Positions 29,302-41,227 of a stretch of DNA of 64,000 bases are shown piece by piece. This DNA comes from an uncultured delta proteobacterium (GTDB lineage: Bacteria; Myxococcota_A; Polyangia; Haliangiales; Haliangiaceae). The stretch's first letter is position 1. Each line of letters opens with the position of its first letter. The DNA is taken from assembly GCA_963848295.1 (NCBI GenBank), contig CAWKDB010000004.1:1-64000 (forward strand), read 5' to 3'. Below the pieces are notes generated by a model. The model worked only from the letters and a program-made list of their open reading frames with translations. It ran no database searches and was not told the origin of the DNA. The translations under genes and the position numbers were made by a program.

Positions 29302-29997
29302 ATGCGCATCTCGTCTATCATGGTCTTGCTGGCAGCTTGTGCAACGACGAGTACGACGTCGACACCGAAGGGTGGACCGCGTGGACTGCGGGTCAGTGAC
29401 CATCTCGAAGTTGCCGCACAGCAGGACCAACAAGCGCGCGATCGGTCGGCGTGGCCCGAGACGTCGGTGATGACGCCCGGCGGCTATGCCACGGACCAAC
29501 CCGTCGCGATGCCATGGTACCGGTCGTGGGATACCGCCGCCGAGCACGAGCGTCTCGCCGCGATCCACCGTAGCCAGGCCGCCGAGCTCGAAGCGGAGTA
29601 CGAGCAGGCCTGCGGCAACACGCCGGCCGCGGATGTCGCGATGTCGCCGCTCGTCCGCTACGGCGTCGGTGGGTGGCCCACCGCGAACGGTGTGATCGTC
29701 TACTTGTCGCCAAACGCCGGAACGCCCGACCAGCTGCTCGCTGCAATGAAATGCCATCGCGCATTCATGATGCTCGCGCCCGCCGATATGGATGACTGCC
29801 CGCTCGATCTACCCGGTCTCGAGCTCGATGCCCGCGGTGACCCGAACGGAGTCACGGTCTCGATGACCGTGAAGGACAGTGCACTGATCCCGGAGCTTCA
29901 GCGCCGCGCCGCGCACGATCTGGAGGCCGGCCAACACCAGCGTGCGGGAATGTCGTTACACAAGGAAAATGGTGCTGGTGAAGCGCCACGGCATTAA
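29302..29997 (+). CDS. Hypothetical lipoprotein
   Basis: Signal peptide with lipobox LAAC; GAGGAG before the ATG. Confidence 0.75.
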   Translation: MRISSIMVLLAACATTSTTSTPKGGPRGLRVSDHLEVAAQQDQQARDRSAWPETSVMTPGGYATDQPVAMPWYRSWDTAAEHERLAAIHRSQAAELEAEYEQACGNTPAADVAMSPLVRYGVGGWPTANGVIVYLSPNAGTPDQLLAAMKCHRAFMMLAPADMDDCPLDLPGLELDARGDPNGVTVSMTVKDSALIPELQRRAAHDLEAGQHQRAGMSLHKENGAGEAPRH

Positions 29998-30006
29998 CGC
30001 GCTCGG

Positions 30007-31918
<1,912 letters not shown>

Positions 31919-31929
<11 letters not shown>

Positions 31930-33034
31930 GGCCGAGCCACACGCAGAACGCCGCGCCCGGCGACGCATCCTCGATCCAGATCCGGCCGCCGTGCGCGTCG
32001 ACGGCAAGCTTGCAGAACGCGAGGCCCAGACCGCGGTTGGTCCGCGTCGTGGTCTCGGTGCCGGCCTGCACGAACCGTTCGAACACGCGCTCGCGTTGGT
32101 CGAAGGGGACGCCCGCGCCGGCGTCGGTGACGCGAAGCTCGATGCCGTCGTTCGCATGGCGCGTCGTGATCCGCACCTCGGATCCCTCGGGTGCATGCCG
32201 GATGGCGTTCTCCGTCAGGTTCTCGAGCACGCGGCGCAGCAGATCGGGATCGGCGGATAACGTCGGCGCATCGATCTGACGCGCGAGTCGAACGTCCGCC
32301 GATTGTGCTCGCACGTCGAGCTCGGTGATGACTCCGGCGACCAACTCGTCGAGCTCGATGCGGCTGCGCGTTGGTGCGAGCTGGCCTTCGTCGGCCTTCG
32401 CGATGTCGAGCAACGTCGTGATCATTCGCAGCAGGGATCGGCCTTCGTCACGGATCTTTTCGGCGGCGCGCTTCGAGCGTTCGCTGCCTTCGCGATCGCG
32501 GATCACGAGCTCGGCGTGCAGTCCGATCGCGTTGACCGGATTCTTGAGATCATGAACCACGAACGCGACGAGCTGTTCTTTCTGGAGCTGCAGCCGCTGG
32601 AGGTCGTCGCGCTGGCGCTTGACCTGGGCATAGAGCTCGCTGCGCTCGGCCGCGAGCTTACGCAACCTGAGAGCCGCTTCGACGCGCGCGATCAGCTCGT
32701 TGGGACGGAACGGCTTGCTCAAGAAGTCATCGCCACCGGCAGCGACGGTGCGATCGAACGTCTCGACGTCGCGCAACGCGGTCACGAACACGATCGGCAC
32801 ATCGTGGCCACCCGGTAGCGCGCGCATCCGCGCACACGCGGTCGGACCATCGGTCCCGGGCATCCGGACATCCAGCAACACGCAGTCGGGCCGATCCCGC
32901 TCGAACGCAGCGATGCCATCTTCGCCGCCGAAAGCGAGCACGACGCGATACCCATCGTCTTCGAGCGTTGCCTTGGCAAGCGCGCGATTCTCGGCGTTGT
33001 CATCGACCACGAGGATCGTCGCTCCCGAGCTCAT
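31919..33034 (-). CDS. Receiver-histidine kinase hybrid
   Basis: ILVVDD and LLDVRMP receiver motifs, HDLKNP, ENAIRH and GLGLAFC. Confidence 0.9.
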
Positions 33035-33056
33035 GACCGCAGGACTCTAGCCCACG

Positions 33057-33143
33057 CGCAATCGGTGCGCGATGACCGAGCGCTGCAACCACGTGATTGC
33101 TGCGTATATCGCGGGTTCGCCGTTTCATGACGCAATTATTGCG
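33057..33143. promoter_or_regulatory. CGCA-N5-TGCG sites
   Basis: CGCAATCGGTGCG (33057) and CGCAATTATTGCG (33131); spacing is not the usual 30 bp. Confidence 0.6.
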
Positions 33144-33173
33144 GGCTTTTCACCTGCATCAGATACCGACGGC

Positions 33174-33189
33174 TGGAGCGGGCATTGCA
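33174..33189 (+). promoter_or_regulatory. Sigma-54 promoter
   Basis: TGGAGCGGGCATTGCA; ATG 14 nt after the -12 C. Confidence 0.7.
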
Positions 33190-33201
33190 ACTCCGTTGAC
33201 C

Positions 33202-33669
33202 ATGGAGACCAAACCTGAACCCGAGCTCCCGCCGCGTCGCGGGTTGCGTCTGCTGCTTCCGGATCACCACCGCCGGATCGAGGCAAAATGCCGAGAGCTG
33301 CTCGCCTCGGCCTACGCCGATGATGCTCGCGAGCTCGTCACGCGCTGGTGTGAGCTCGAGGCCGAGCTCCTCGATCACATCGCCGCCGAAGAAGAAGTCA
33401 TCCTACCGAGCTATACCGAGCACGCACCTGGGGATGCGAAGCGGATCCTCGACGATCACGCGCGGATCCGCGAGCTCGTGACGCCGATCGGCGTGGAGGT
33501 CGAGCTTCACGAGATGCGCGCGGCTCGGCTGCGCCGGCTCGTCGAGGCGCTCGATGCCCATGCCGCTCACGAAGACTCCGTGATGTACCCGTGGGCGCAG
33601 CTCAACCTGCCGGCGGTCGCACAGCGCTTGTTGGCCACGCGGATCGGCCGATGGCTCGGGGGGACGTGA
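33202..33669 (+). CDS. Hemerythrin-domain protein
   Basis: DHHRRI, HIAAEEEVILP, DDHARI and HAAHEDSVMYP motifs. Confidence 0.8.
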   Translation: METKPEPELPPRRGLRLLLPDHHRRIEAKCRELLASAYADDARELVTRWCELEAELLDHIAAEEEVILPSYTEHAPGDAKRILDDHARIRELVTPIGVEVELHEMRAARLRRLVEALDAHAAHEDSVMYPWAQLNLPAVAQRLLATRIGRWLGGT

Positions 33670-33708
33670 GCGGTCCGTGCTGATCCGAGCGAGCATCCCC
33701 GTGCCGCG

Positions 33709-34983
33709 GTGAGCTCGCGGCAACTCCGAGAGTCGTTGAGCCTGCTTCGTACGCGCAGGTTCGGCACGTTCTGGTTCGCGACACTGCTCTCGAACATCGG
33801 GTTCTGGGCGCAGGAGGTCGCCGAACCCTGGCTCCTGCTCTCGCTCGGCGCGTCGTCGTTCCTCATCGGGCTCGACGCGTTCGTCGGCGATGCACCGGCG
33901 TGGGTGCTGACGCTCGTCGGCGGCCTGCTCGCGGACCACTTCGATCGACGCAAGATCATCACCGCGTTTCAGTCGATCCAGATGCTGTGCCCGATCGCAC
34001 TCGTGGTCTTGCTCGTGACGGGCACGGTCCAGCCATGGATGGTGATCGCGCTCTCGCTCGTGGTCGGCGTGACAGACGCGCTGTCGATGCCATCGTTTCA
34101 ATCGATCGTCCCGTCGATCGTCGAGCACGACCAGATCGGCGCCGGACTCGCGCTGAGCTCCACGCAGTTCAACGTGTCGCGGATCCTCGGCCCGGCCGTG
34201 GCCGGTCTGATGATCGCGGGAGTCGGCGTGATCGGCTGTTTCGCGATCAACGCCGTGTCGTACATCCCGTTCATCCTCGTCGCGCTGTGGATCCTGCCGC
34301 GGCACGAGCCCGCCAAGGCGCGGTTCGACCGCACCCGTCCGTTCGTCGGAATGGGAGCGATCATCCGGCAGCCGCACCTCCGCGGCGCGCTCCTCACGGT
34401 ATGCACGACGTCATTGCTCTGCGGTCCGCTGATCACGTTCTGCCCGGTCCTGATCCGCGACGCGTTTAACGGCAGCGCCGGCCGGTTCAGCCTGGCGATC
34501 GCCGCGTTCGGGATCGGCGGGCTACTCGGCGCGGTCCTCTTGCTCGGTACCGATCCCGATCGCGATCGCCGGCGGCTCAGCTCGTGGTGTGCGCTGGGCT
34601 ACGGCGCCGTCGTGATCGCTGCCGCGCTCGATCCGTGGTTCTGGGCACTGCCGGGACTCGTGCTCGCGGGCGGCCTCGCGATGACGATGAGCAATACCGC
34701 AGCGAACACGTTGATCCAGGCGACCGCGGCTCCGGAGCTCCGCGGGCAGACGGTGAGCATGTTCATGCTCGCGATCCGTGGCGGAATGGCCCTCGGGAGC
34801 ATCGCGACGGGCGTCTCGATCAGCTTGCTCGGCGTCCGCGCCGCGCTCGCGATCGACGGTCTGCTCGCCCTCGTCGCGCAGCTAACGATCGGGCGGATCT
34901 GGCTGCGATGCGAGCTTCCACTCGAACGAGCAGACCTCGGCACCCATCTTGCTTCTCGAGGCGAACGCGCAGGAGCCGCATGA
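33709..34983 (+). CDS. MFS transporter
   Basis: About 12 TM helices, [12 protein letters not shown] and ELRGQ motifs. Confidence 0.9.
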   Translation: MSSRQLRESLSLLRTRRFGTFWFATLLSNIGFWAQEVAEPWLLLSLGASSFLIGLDAFVGDAPAWVLTLVGGLLADHFDRRKIITAFQSIQMLCPIALVVLLVTGTVQPWMVIALSLVVGVTDALSMPSFQSIVPSIVEHDQIGAGLALSSTQFNVSRILGPAVAGLMIAGVGVIGCFAINAVSYIPFILVALWILPRHEPAKARFDRTRPFVGMGAIIRQPHLRGALLTVCTTSLLCGPLITFCPVLIRDAFNGSAGRFSLAIAAFGIGGLLGAVLLLGTDPDRDRRRLSSWCALGYGAVVIAAALDPWFWALPGLVLAGGLAMTMSNTAANTLIQATAAPELRGQTVSMFMLAIRGGMALGSIATGVSISLLGVRAALAIDGLLALVAQLTIGRIWLRCELPLERADLGTHLASRGERAGAA

Positions 34984-37340
34984 ACACGAACACCCTCGAA
35001 GACGACGAGCTCCTCGCGATCGACGCCTACTGGCGCGCCGCGAATTACCTGACCGTCGGTCAGATCTACCTGCTCGCGAATCCCCTGCTCCGGGAGCCGC
35101 TGCGGGTCGAGCACATCAAGCCGCGCCTGCTCGGACACTGGGGAACATCGCCGGGCTTGAGCCTGGTGTACGCGCACGTCAATCGAATCATCCGGAACCA
35201 CGATCTCGACGTCATCTATCTCGCCGGTCCCGGCCACGGCGGCCCCGCGATCATCGCCAACGTCTATCTCGAGGGCACGTACTCCGAGATCTATCCCGGC
35301 GTGACCGAAGACGCCGCGGGGATATTCCGCTTGTTTCGCCAGTTCTCCACACCGGGCGGAATTCCGAGTCATGTCGGCCCGACGACGCCCGGATCGATTC
35401 ACGAAGGTGGCGAGCTCGGTTACGTGCTGACCCACGCGTTCGGCGCCGTGTTCGACAATCCCGGGCTCGTCGCGGTGGCGGTGGTCGGTGATGGCGAGGC
35501 GGAGACCGCGCCGCTCGAGGGATCGTGGAAGGGAATCAAGTTCCTCAATGCGGCACGCGACGGTGCCGTGCTGCCGATTCTCCATCTCAACGGCTACAAG
35601 ATCTCGGGCCCCACGGTCCTGGGGCGCGCGACCGACGAGTCGGTCCGCAGCTTGCTCGAAGGTCACGGCTACGACGTCCACTTCGTCGCCGGCGATGATC
35701 CGATGCCCGTGCATCGCGCACTCGCGGAAACCCTCGATACGTGCGTCGCGAAGATCCGATCGATCCAGGACGCCGCACGCACGCGCGGGATCCGCGGCAC
35801 GCCACGCTGGCCTGCGATCGTCCTGCGCACGCCGAAGGGATGGACCGGCCCCAAGTTCGTCAACGGGCTTCCGGTCGAGGGCACGTTTCGCGCGCATCAG
35901 GTGCCACTCGCTGCGGTGCGCACCGATCCAGACCAGCTCTTAGCGCTCGAGAGCTGGATGCGGAGCTATCACCCGGAACAACTGTTCGACACCACCGGCC
36001 GGCTCGCGAGTCGCCTGCGCGCGCTTGCACCGACGGGCGCGCGACGAATGGGCGCGAACCCGCACGCGAACGGCGGCGGACATCACACGGCCCTCGATCT
36101 CCCCGACACCGCGCCGTACGCGCTCGAGGTCGCGCGTCCCGGCGTTGTCCGGCACGAGTCGACGCGGGCACTCGGCGAGCTGGTGCGCGACGTCTATACC
36201 AAGAATCCGACGACGTTCCGGCTGGTCTGCCCCGACGAGACCAACTCGAATCGCCTCGGCGCCGTGTTCGACGTCGACAACCGCTGCTTTCAGGAGCCGG
36301 CGATCGCGATCGACGATCACGTGTCCGCCGACGGGCGCGTGATGGAGGTCTTGAGCGAGCACAACTGCGAGGGCTGGCTCGAGGGCTATGTGCTGACCGG
36401 CCGGCACGGGCTGTTCGCGACCTACGAGGCGTTCGCGCTGGTCGTCGCATCGATGACGACCCAACACGCGAAGTGGCTCGAGATGACCGAGCGCCTGCCG
36501 TGGCGCGTCGCGGTGCCGTCGCTGAACTACCTGCTGACCTCGACCTGCTGGCGCAACGACCACAACGGGTTCTCGCATCAAGGTCCCGGCTTCATGGATA
36601 CGATCATCTCGAAGAAGGGCACGGTCGCGCGGGTCTACCTGCCGCCCGATGCCAACTGTCTGCTCTCGGTTGCGGACCACTGCCTGCGCAGCGCGAGCTA
36701 CGTCAACCTCATCATCATCGACAAGCAGCCTCAGCTGCAGTGGCTCGGCCCAGCCGCGGCGCGCGAGCACTGCGCACGGGGCGCGTCGATCTGGAGATGG
36801 GCCGGAACCGAAGGCGCCGACGAGCCGGATGTGATCCTCGCGTGCGCCGGCGATACGCCCACGCTCGAGACGCTGGCCGCTGCCGCATGGCTCCGAACGT
36901 ACGCGCCCGAGCTACGCGTGCGCGTAGTCAACGTCGTCGACCTGATGAAGCTGTTCTCGCCGCGCGAGCATCCGCACGGAATGACCGAGGCCGCGTTCGT
37001 CGATCTGTTCACGCGCGACGTCGATGTGTGTTTCTCGTTTCACGGCTATGCCGGCGCGATCCATCAGCTGCTCCACGCGCGACCGAACGCCGGGCGGTTC
37101 CACGTCCGCGGTTACAAGGAAGAAGGCACGACGACCACGCCGTTCGACATGGTCGTGCTCAACGAGACCAGCCGATATCACATCGCGATCGACGCGCTCC
37201 GGCGCAGCCGCCGGCCGGTGCCGAACGCGAAGGAGCTGACCGCGAAATGCCTCGACATGCTCGCGCGCCACGCGTCGTACGTCGCGGAGCACTTCGAGGA
37301 TCTGCCCGAGATCCGCGACTGGACGTGGCCCTCGTGCTGA
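34980..37340 (+). CDS. xfp: Phosphoketolase (xylulose-5-P/fructose-6-P)
   Basis: [48 protein letters not shown] and [11 protein letters not shown] motifs. Confidence 0.95.
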   Translation: MNTNTLEDDELLAIDAYWRAANYLTVGQIYLLANPLLREPLRVEHIKPRLLGHWGTSPGLSLVYAHVNRIIRNHDLDVIYLAGPGHGGPAIIANVYLEGTYSEIYPGVTEDAAGIFRLFRQFSTPGGIPSHVGPTTPGSIHEGGELGYVLTHAFGAVFDNPGLVAVAVVGDGEAETAPLEGSWKGIKFLNAARDGAVLPILHLNGYKISGPTVLGRATDESVRSLLEGHGYDVHFVAGDDPMPVHRALAETLDTCVAKIRSIQDAARTRGIRGTPRWPAIVLRTPKGWTGPKFVNGLPVEGTFRAHQVPLAAVRTDPDQLLALESWMRSYHPEQLFDTTGRLASRLRALAPTGARRMGANPHANGGGHHTALDLPDTAPYALEVARPGVVRHESTRALGELVRDVYTKNPTTFRLVCPDETNSNRLGAVFDVDNRCFQEPAIAIDDHVSADGRVMEVLSEHNCEGWLEGYVLTGRHGLFATYEAFALVVASMTTQHAKWLEMTERLPWRVAVPSLNYLLTSTCWRNDHNGFSHQGPGFMDTIISKKGTVARVYLPPDANCLLSVADHCLRSASYVNLIIIDKQPQLQWLGPAAAREHCARGASIWRWAGTEGADEPDVILACAGDTPTLETLAAAAWLRTYAPELRVRVVNVVDLMKLFSPREHPHGMTEAAFVDLFTRDVDVCFSFHGYAGAIHQLLHARPNAGRFHVRGYKEEGTTTTPFDMVVLNETSRYHIAIDALRRSRRPVPNAKELTAKCLDMLARHASYVAEHFEDLPEIRDWTWPSC

Positions 37341-37363
37341 CGGTGCACCCCGCGATGTAAGCC

Positions 37364-37406
37364 CGCAGCGAGTGCGCGACTCGGAGCTGATCACGCAAGC
37401 CGTTCG
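37364..37406. promoter_or_regulatory. Paired CGCA-N5-TGCG sites
   Basis: CGCAGCGAGTGCG (37364) and CGCAAGCCGTTCG (37394), 30 bp apart. Confidence 0.65.
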
Positions 37407-37435
37407 TGATTCGTCGCAGCTATCGCGCCGAGGCT

Positions 37436-37451
37436 TGGCGCGTCGCTTGCG
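37436..37451 (+). promoter_or_regulatory. Sigma-54 promoter
   Basis: TGGCGCGTCGCTTGCG; ATG 15 nt after the -12 C. Confidence 0.75.
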
Positions 37452-37464
37452 TAGGAGTCTTGCC

Positions 37465-37902
37465 ATGGATGCCGAGGCCACCCGTAGGACGCTCGTCGCA
37501 CAGCACGACAAGATCCGCGCTCACTTGAACGGGTGCAGCCTCCTGGCCCGGCTGCTCCTCGAGGGCGAGCCGGTCCGGGTCGAGCTCGACGCGGCCCTCG
37601 ATCGCCTGCGTGCCGACTTCGCGGTGCACAACGCGACCGAGACCGAGCTCGTCCGCCCGCTGCTGCACGACTCGCCGAACTGGGGCGCGGTGCTGATCGA
37701 CCGGATGCTGGAGGAGCACGTCGCCGAGCATGCCGCGTTCTGGGAGATGCTGGCTGGATCGACCGTCGAGGTCGCGGCGCGCATGGACGAGCTGATCGAC
37801 GAGCTCGACGCGCACATGGCAGCCGAAGAACGGACGTTTCTCAGCCCGGCCGTCCTTCACCCCGACGTGATCACCCGGCGTCGCCAAGAGGAGCCAACAT
37901 GA
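37465..37902 (+). CDS. Hemerythrin-domain protein
   Basis: QHDKIR, HNATETE, EHVAEH and HMAAEERTFL motifs. Confidence 0.8.
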   Translation: MDAEATRRTLVAQHDKIRAHLNGCSLLARLLLEGEPVRVELDAALDRLRADFAVHNATETELVRPLLHDSPNWGAVLIDRMLEEHVAEHAAFWEMLAGSTVEVAARMDELIDELDAHMAAEERTFLSPAVLHPDVITRRRQEEPT

Positions 37903-38432
37903 AGGACCAAACCGTTCGCAGTCACGACCAGGTGAGCCAGCCGTACCCGCGCGTGCGCGACACCTTGCTCGCGAATCCGCATTACGTGTTTCGCCACGCG
38001 ACCGCAGCCGCGACGACACAAGCCGCGACGTTGCACGTCCGGATCGGGGCGCTCGATATCGGCGCCGACGTCGCGATCGAGCTCCTAGGCATCGAATACG
38101 ACGACGCGTTCGATCGACCGGAAACGCGACTGGCGCTCGAATGGCACGCCGCGAAGACTCCGACGCTGTTTCCGTCGATGAAGGCCACGCTCGCAGTGTT
38201 TGCGCTATCACCGACCGAGACCTGCCTCGAGCTCGAAGGACAGTATCGAGTGCCTATGGGAAAGGTCGGCGAGTGGCTCGACGCCGCCGTCGGCCATCGG
38301 ATCGCGGAGGCGTCCGTGACGCGCTTCGTTCAAGAGGTGGCGGGGTGGCTGCGCGAGGAGCTGACGACCTCCGCCGCGAACGACGAAGCAATGCCAGCGT
38401 CGCGGTTCGAGCCGATCATCGATACCGACTAG
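37899..38432 (+). CDS. Hypothetical protein (possibly SRPBCC-like fold)
   Basis: ATGA-coupled ORF; LFPSMKATL...LEGQYRVPMG...HRIAEASV. Confidence 0.7.
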   Translation: MKDQTVRSHDQVSQPYPRVRDTLLANPHYVFRHATAAATTQAATLHVRIGALDIGADVAIELLGIEYDDAFDRPETRLALEWHAAKTPTLFPSMKATLAVFALSPTETCLELEGQYRVPMGKVGEWLDAAVGHRIAEASVTRFVQEVAGWLREELTTSAANDEAMPASRFEPIIDTD

Positions 38433-38446
38433 CGCCTTCCCTGCGA

Positions 38447-39187
38447 TCAACGATCGCGAATGGCCGCGTGACAGTGTGCGCACGTCGCGAGCAGCTCTCC
38501 GAAGATCGCAGCGCGTCCGTCCTGATCGCGCATGGCGAGCGCCCGGTTCGCGTAGAGACGAACGCGCGCGACGTCATCGCCGATCTTTTCGCCGTCGGCG
38601 AGCCCCATGTCTTTGAGCTTCACCGTCATCGGTTCCTCGGCGACGATCGTGAGCGGGACCTGCGTGAGCGCCTGCGCACCTTCGAGCCAGCGATCGTTCG
38701 ATGGCCCGATCAGCCCGTCCCACATCCGAGCGGCGGCCCACTGGTGCCCCAGCATCTGCGGCAGCAGCGTGGTGTCGGCGGTCGGGCGAGGGTCAGCGGA
38801 GAATACGATCTTCGCCGCCGTCGCTTCGTGGCAGCGTGCGCATTCGCGACCGAGCGCCGCGGTCGCCTTCGCCGCGGCGACCACGTCCGCAGCGCGCTCG
38901 ATGTTGTGCGAGGACGTCGCGATCCGGTCCAGATACGGCCGCCATTGCGGCAAGGCATCGGGCTCGTCGGACGCGGAGATCGCGCGCGCCTCGAGCTGTA
39001 CTCGAGCGAGGTCGCTGTGGACGACGGCCTGTTCGATCCGGCGCGCGGATTCGAAGCGCTCGTGCATGCGAGCCTGAGCCGCTTGAATCGTCGCCGCGAG
39101 TGACGGTCCGCTCGGGGCCGGCTCCACGTCGTCCTGGCAGCCAAGTGTGGAGAGCGTGAGTGCGAGCGATGCCGAAATCAGGCGCAT
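38447..39187 (-). CDS. Di-heme c-type cytochrome lipoprotein (cytochrome c'-like)
   Basis: Lipobox TLGC; CARCH and CAHCH each at the end of a helical domain. Confidence 0.8.
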   Translation of the reverse strand: MRLISASLALTLSTLGCQDDVEPAPSGPSLAATIQAAQARMHERFESARRIEQAVVHSDLARVQLEARAISASDEPDALPQWRPYLDRIATSSHNIERAADVVAAAKATAALGRECARCHEATAAKIVFSADPRPTADTTLLPQMLGHQWAAARMWDGLIGPSNDRWLEGAQALTQVPLTIVAEEPMTVKLKDMGLADGEKIGDDVARVRLYANRALAMRDQDGRAAIFGELLATCAHCHAAIRDR

Positions 39188-39199
39188 GTGCCGCGTTGT

Positions 39200-39215
39200 T
39201 GCATTCGATGTGCCC
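39200..39215 (-). promoter_or_regulatory. Sigma-54 promoter
   Basis: GGGCACATCGAATGCA; ATG 14 nt after the -12 C. Confidence 0.75.
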
Positions 39216-39235
39216 GTCGAGGCGAGGGCCGCTCG

Positions 39236-39277
39236 CGCAGCGATTGCGCCCGTGAGGCGCGAGCCGCGGTTCTTGCG
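39236..39277. promoter_or_regulatory. Paired CGCA-N5-TGCG sites
   Basis: CGCAGCGATTGCG (39236) and CGCGGTTCTTGCG (39265), 29 bp apart. Confidence 0.7.
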
Positions 39278-39306
39278 CGCATCACATGTCTTGCTCGAGC
39301 CTTGCG

Positions 39307-39322
39307 AGGCACGCGGGATGCA
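39307..39322 (+). promoter_or_regulatory. Sigma-54 promoter
   Basis: AGGCACGCGGGATGCA; ATG 39335 is 14 nt after the -12 C. Confidence 0.75.
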
Positions 39323-39334
39323 ACTCATGCGCGC

Positions 39335-39424
39335 ATGAACCACGAAGCGCCAATGGCCCCTCGCGTTATTGACGTTGGATCCGGGCTCGGCGTCGCGGGT
39401 TGGCTCGCGGCGAACGGCGCGTAG
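39335..39424 (+). pseudogene. SAM-methyltransferase-like N-terminal fragment ending in an in-frame TAG
   Basis: MNHEAPMAPRVIDVGSGLGVAGWLAANGA*, resembling motif I; same frame as the downstream ABC ORF. Confidence 0.45.
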
Positions 39425-39430
39425 ACTGCC

Positions 39431-41083
39431 GTGGGCTCGACGACCGCAGCGCGCCCGCTGCCCGAGGTCCGGAACCTGCTCGCTCCTGATGTGACCCGGT
39501 GGCCTCTCGACTCCACCAAGCCGGTGATCGAGCTCGAAGGCGTTTCGCTCGCCTTCGGTGACAAACGCGTGCTCGATGATCTGGACCTCGCGATCGAGCC
39601 GGGGAAGACCACCGTAATCCTTGGCTGCGGCGGCTCCGGTAAATCGGTCTTGCTCAAGCTGATGATGGGGTTAATCCAACCCGATCACGGGCGAGTGCTC
39701 GCGTTCGGACGCGATCTCGCCCTCGTCTCGCCGATCGAGATGCTCGAGCTCCGCAAGCGCATGGGGATGGTGTTCCAGAACTATGCGCTGTTCGACGCGT
39801 TGTCAGTCGAGGACAACGTCGGGTTCTCGCTGGCCGAGAACTCGGGGCTTCGCCACGCCGAGATCGCTTCGCGGTCGCACGAGCTACTCGAGCTACTCGA
39901 TCTCGTGGGCAGCGAACGGATGTTGCCCGGCGAGCTGTCCGGAGGGATGCGCAAGCGAGTCAGCCTCGCACGGGCGCTGGTAGCAAATCCCGAGGTCGTC
40001 CTGTTCGACGAGCCGACGACGGGTCTGGACCCGGTGATGGTCGAACGCGTCGACGAGTTGATCAGGTTGGTGAACGCTCGGTATCGGGTCACTTCGGTGA
40101 TCATCAGTCACGACCTGACCAGCGCGAGGCGGCTGGCCGATCGCGTCGCGTTCCTCGACGGCGGCAAGATCGCGTTCACCGGCACATTTGACGAGCTGTT
40201 GGCGAGCGAGGTCGCTTCGGTCCGGAGCTTCGTCGAAGCAGCGAAGGTCTCGGCCTCTGTGGTCGAGCACCTCGAACGTCGCTCCTCGCTGGCCGAGACG
40301 CCCGTCGTCGAGCTAACCGGCGTCACCAAGTCGTTCGGCGCCAAACAGGTGCTGCGTGGCGTCGATCTCGCGATCTATCGGGGGCGAACCACCGTGCTGA
40401 TCGGCGCTAGCGGCTCCGGCAAGTCGGTCATCATCAAGCACATCTTGGGGCTGCTCAAGCCCGACAGCGGCAAGGTCCTCGCATTCGGCGAAGACGTCGG
40501 CGCGATGAACGATCTGGAGCTCGCTCGAATCCGCACCCACTTCGGGCTCGTGTTCCAGCACGCTGCGCTACTCGATTGGCTGTCGGTCTTCGACAACGTC
40601 GCGTTCCCGCTGAGAGAGCGCCCGGGCCGAACCGATCCCGACGCAGATGCGCGGGTGGCCGAAGTGCTGGATCGACTCCATCTTACAGAGATCGCGCGGC
40701 GCATGCCGGGAGAGCTCTCGCTCGGCCAGCGCAAACGGGTCGGGCTTGCTCGCGCGATCGTGACGAAGCCAGACGTCGTGATCTACGACGAGCCGACCAC
40801 GGGTCAAGATCCCATTCGCACGCTCGAGATCGACGACATGATCCAGGAGATGCAAGCGCGTTACCATCTCACGAGCATCGTGATCAGCCACGACATGGCG
40901 TCGGCGTTTCGCATCGGCGACATGATCGCGATGTTGCACGAGGGTGTGATCGTGGCGTTCGGAACGCCAGACGAGCTACGGGCTTCCAGCAACGAGCATG
41001 TCCAGCGCTTCATCCACGCCGGCGTTGGCAATTCTCCCCGCAATTCTCCCCGGCGCGCGACCGGTACGGGACAGGGCGCATGA
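39431..41083 (+). CDS. ABC ATPase with two tandem MlaF/Mkl-like domains
   Basis: GCGGSGKS / LSGGMRKR / DEPTTGLDP and GASGSGKS / LSLGQRKR / DEPTTGQDP. Confidence 0.85.
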   Translation: MGSTTAARPLPEVRNLLAPDVTRWPLDSTKPVIELEGVSLAFGDKRVLDDLDLAIEPGKTTVILGCGGSGKSVLLKLMMGLIQPDHGRVLAFGRDLALVSPIEMLELRKRMGMVFQNYALFDALSVEDNVGFSLAENSGLRHAEIASRSHELLELLDLVGSERMLPGELSGGMRKRVSLARALVANPEVVLFDEPTTGLDPVMVERVDELIRLVNARYRVTSVIISHDLTSARRLADRVAFLDGGKIAFTGTFDELLASEVASVRSFVEAAKVSASVVEHLERRSSLAETPVVELTGVTKSFGAKQVLRGVDLAIYRGRTTVLIGASGSGKSVIIKHILGLLKPDSGKVLAFGEDVGAMNDLELARIRTHFGLVFQHAALLDWLSVFDNVAFPLRERPGRTDPDADARVAEVLDRLHLTEIARRMPGELSLGQRKRVGLARAIVTKPDVVIYDEPTTGQDPIRTLEIDDMIQEMQARYHLTSIVISHDMASAFRIGDMIAMLHEGVIVAFGTPDELRASSNEHVQRFIHAGVGNSPRNSPRRATGTGQGA

Positions 41084-41125
41084 CGGACGACCTCTACGAA
41101 TCGTTCACGCGACTTTGAAGCCTCG

Positions 41126-41167
41126 CGCATGTTTTGCGCCGCCGTCCCCGGCTCCGAAGGCTTTGCG
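41126..41167. promoter_or_regulatory. Paired CGCA-N5-TGCG sites
   Basis: CGCATGTTTTGCG (41126) and CGAAGGCTTTGCG (41155), 29 bp apart. Confidence 0.7.
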
Positions 41168-41197
41168 CGTATCGCTGTGTGGGAACCGGCCGACGCG

Positions 41198-41213
41198 AGG
41201 CACGTGCGATGCA
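41198..41213 (+). promoter_or_regulatory. Sigma-54 promoter
   Basis: AGGCACGTGCGATGCA; ATG 16 nt after the -12 C. Confidence 0.75.
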
Positions 41214-41227
41214 GCTCTAGTGTGGTC

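Noticed and set aside
33038..33053. GG-N10-GC match before the REC-HK gene
   Set aside because: Too close to the ATG; transcription would start inside the gene.
39422..39424. Pyrrolysine readthrough of TAG
   Set aside because: No pyl genes in the window, and other genes here use TAG as a normal stop.
41029..41052. 12-bp tandem repeat CAATTCTCCCCG x2
   Set aside because: Only two copies in a non-conserved C-terminal tail; likely a slippage duplication.
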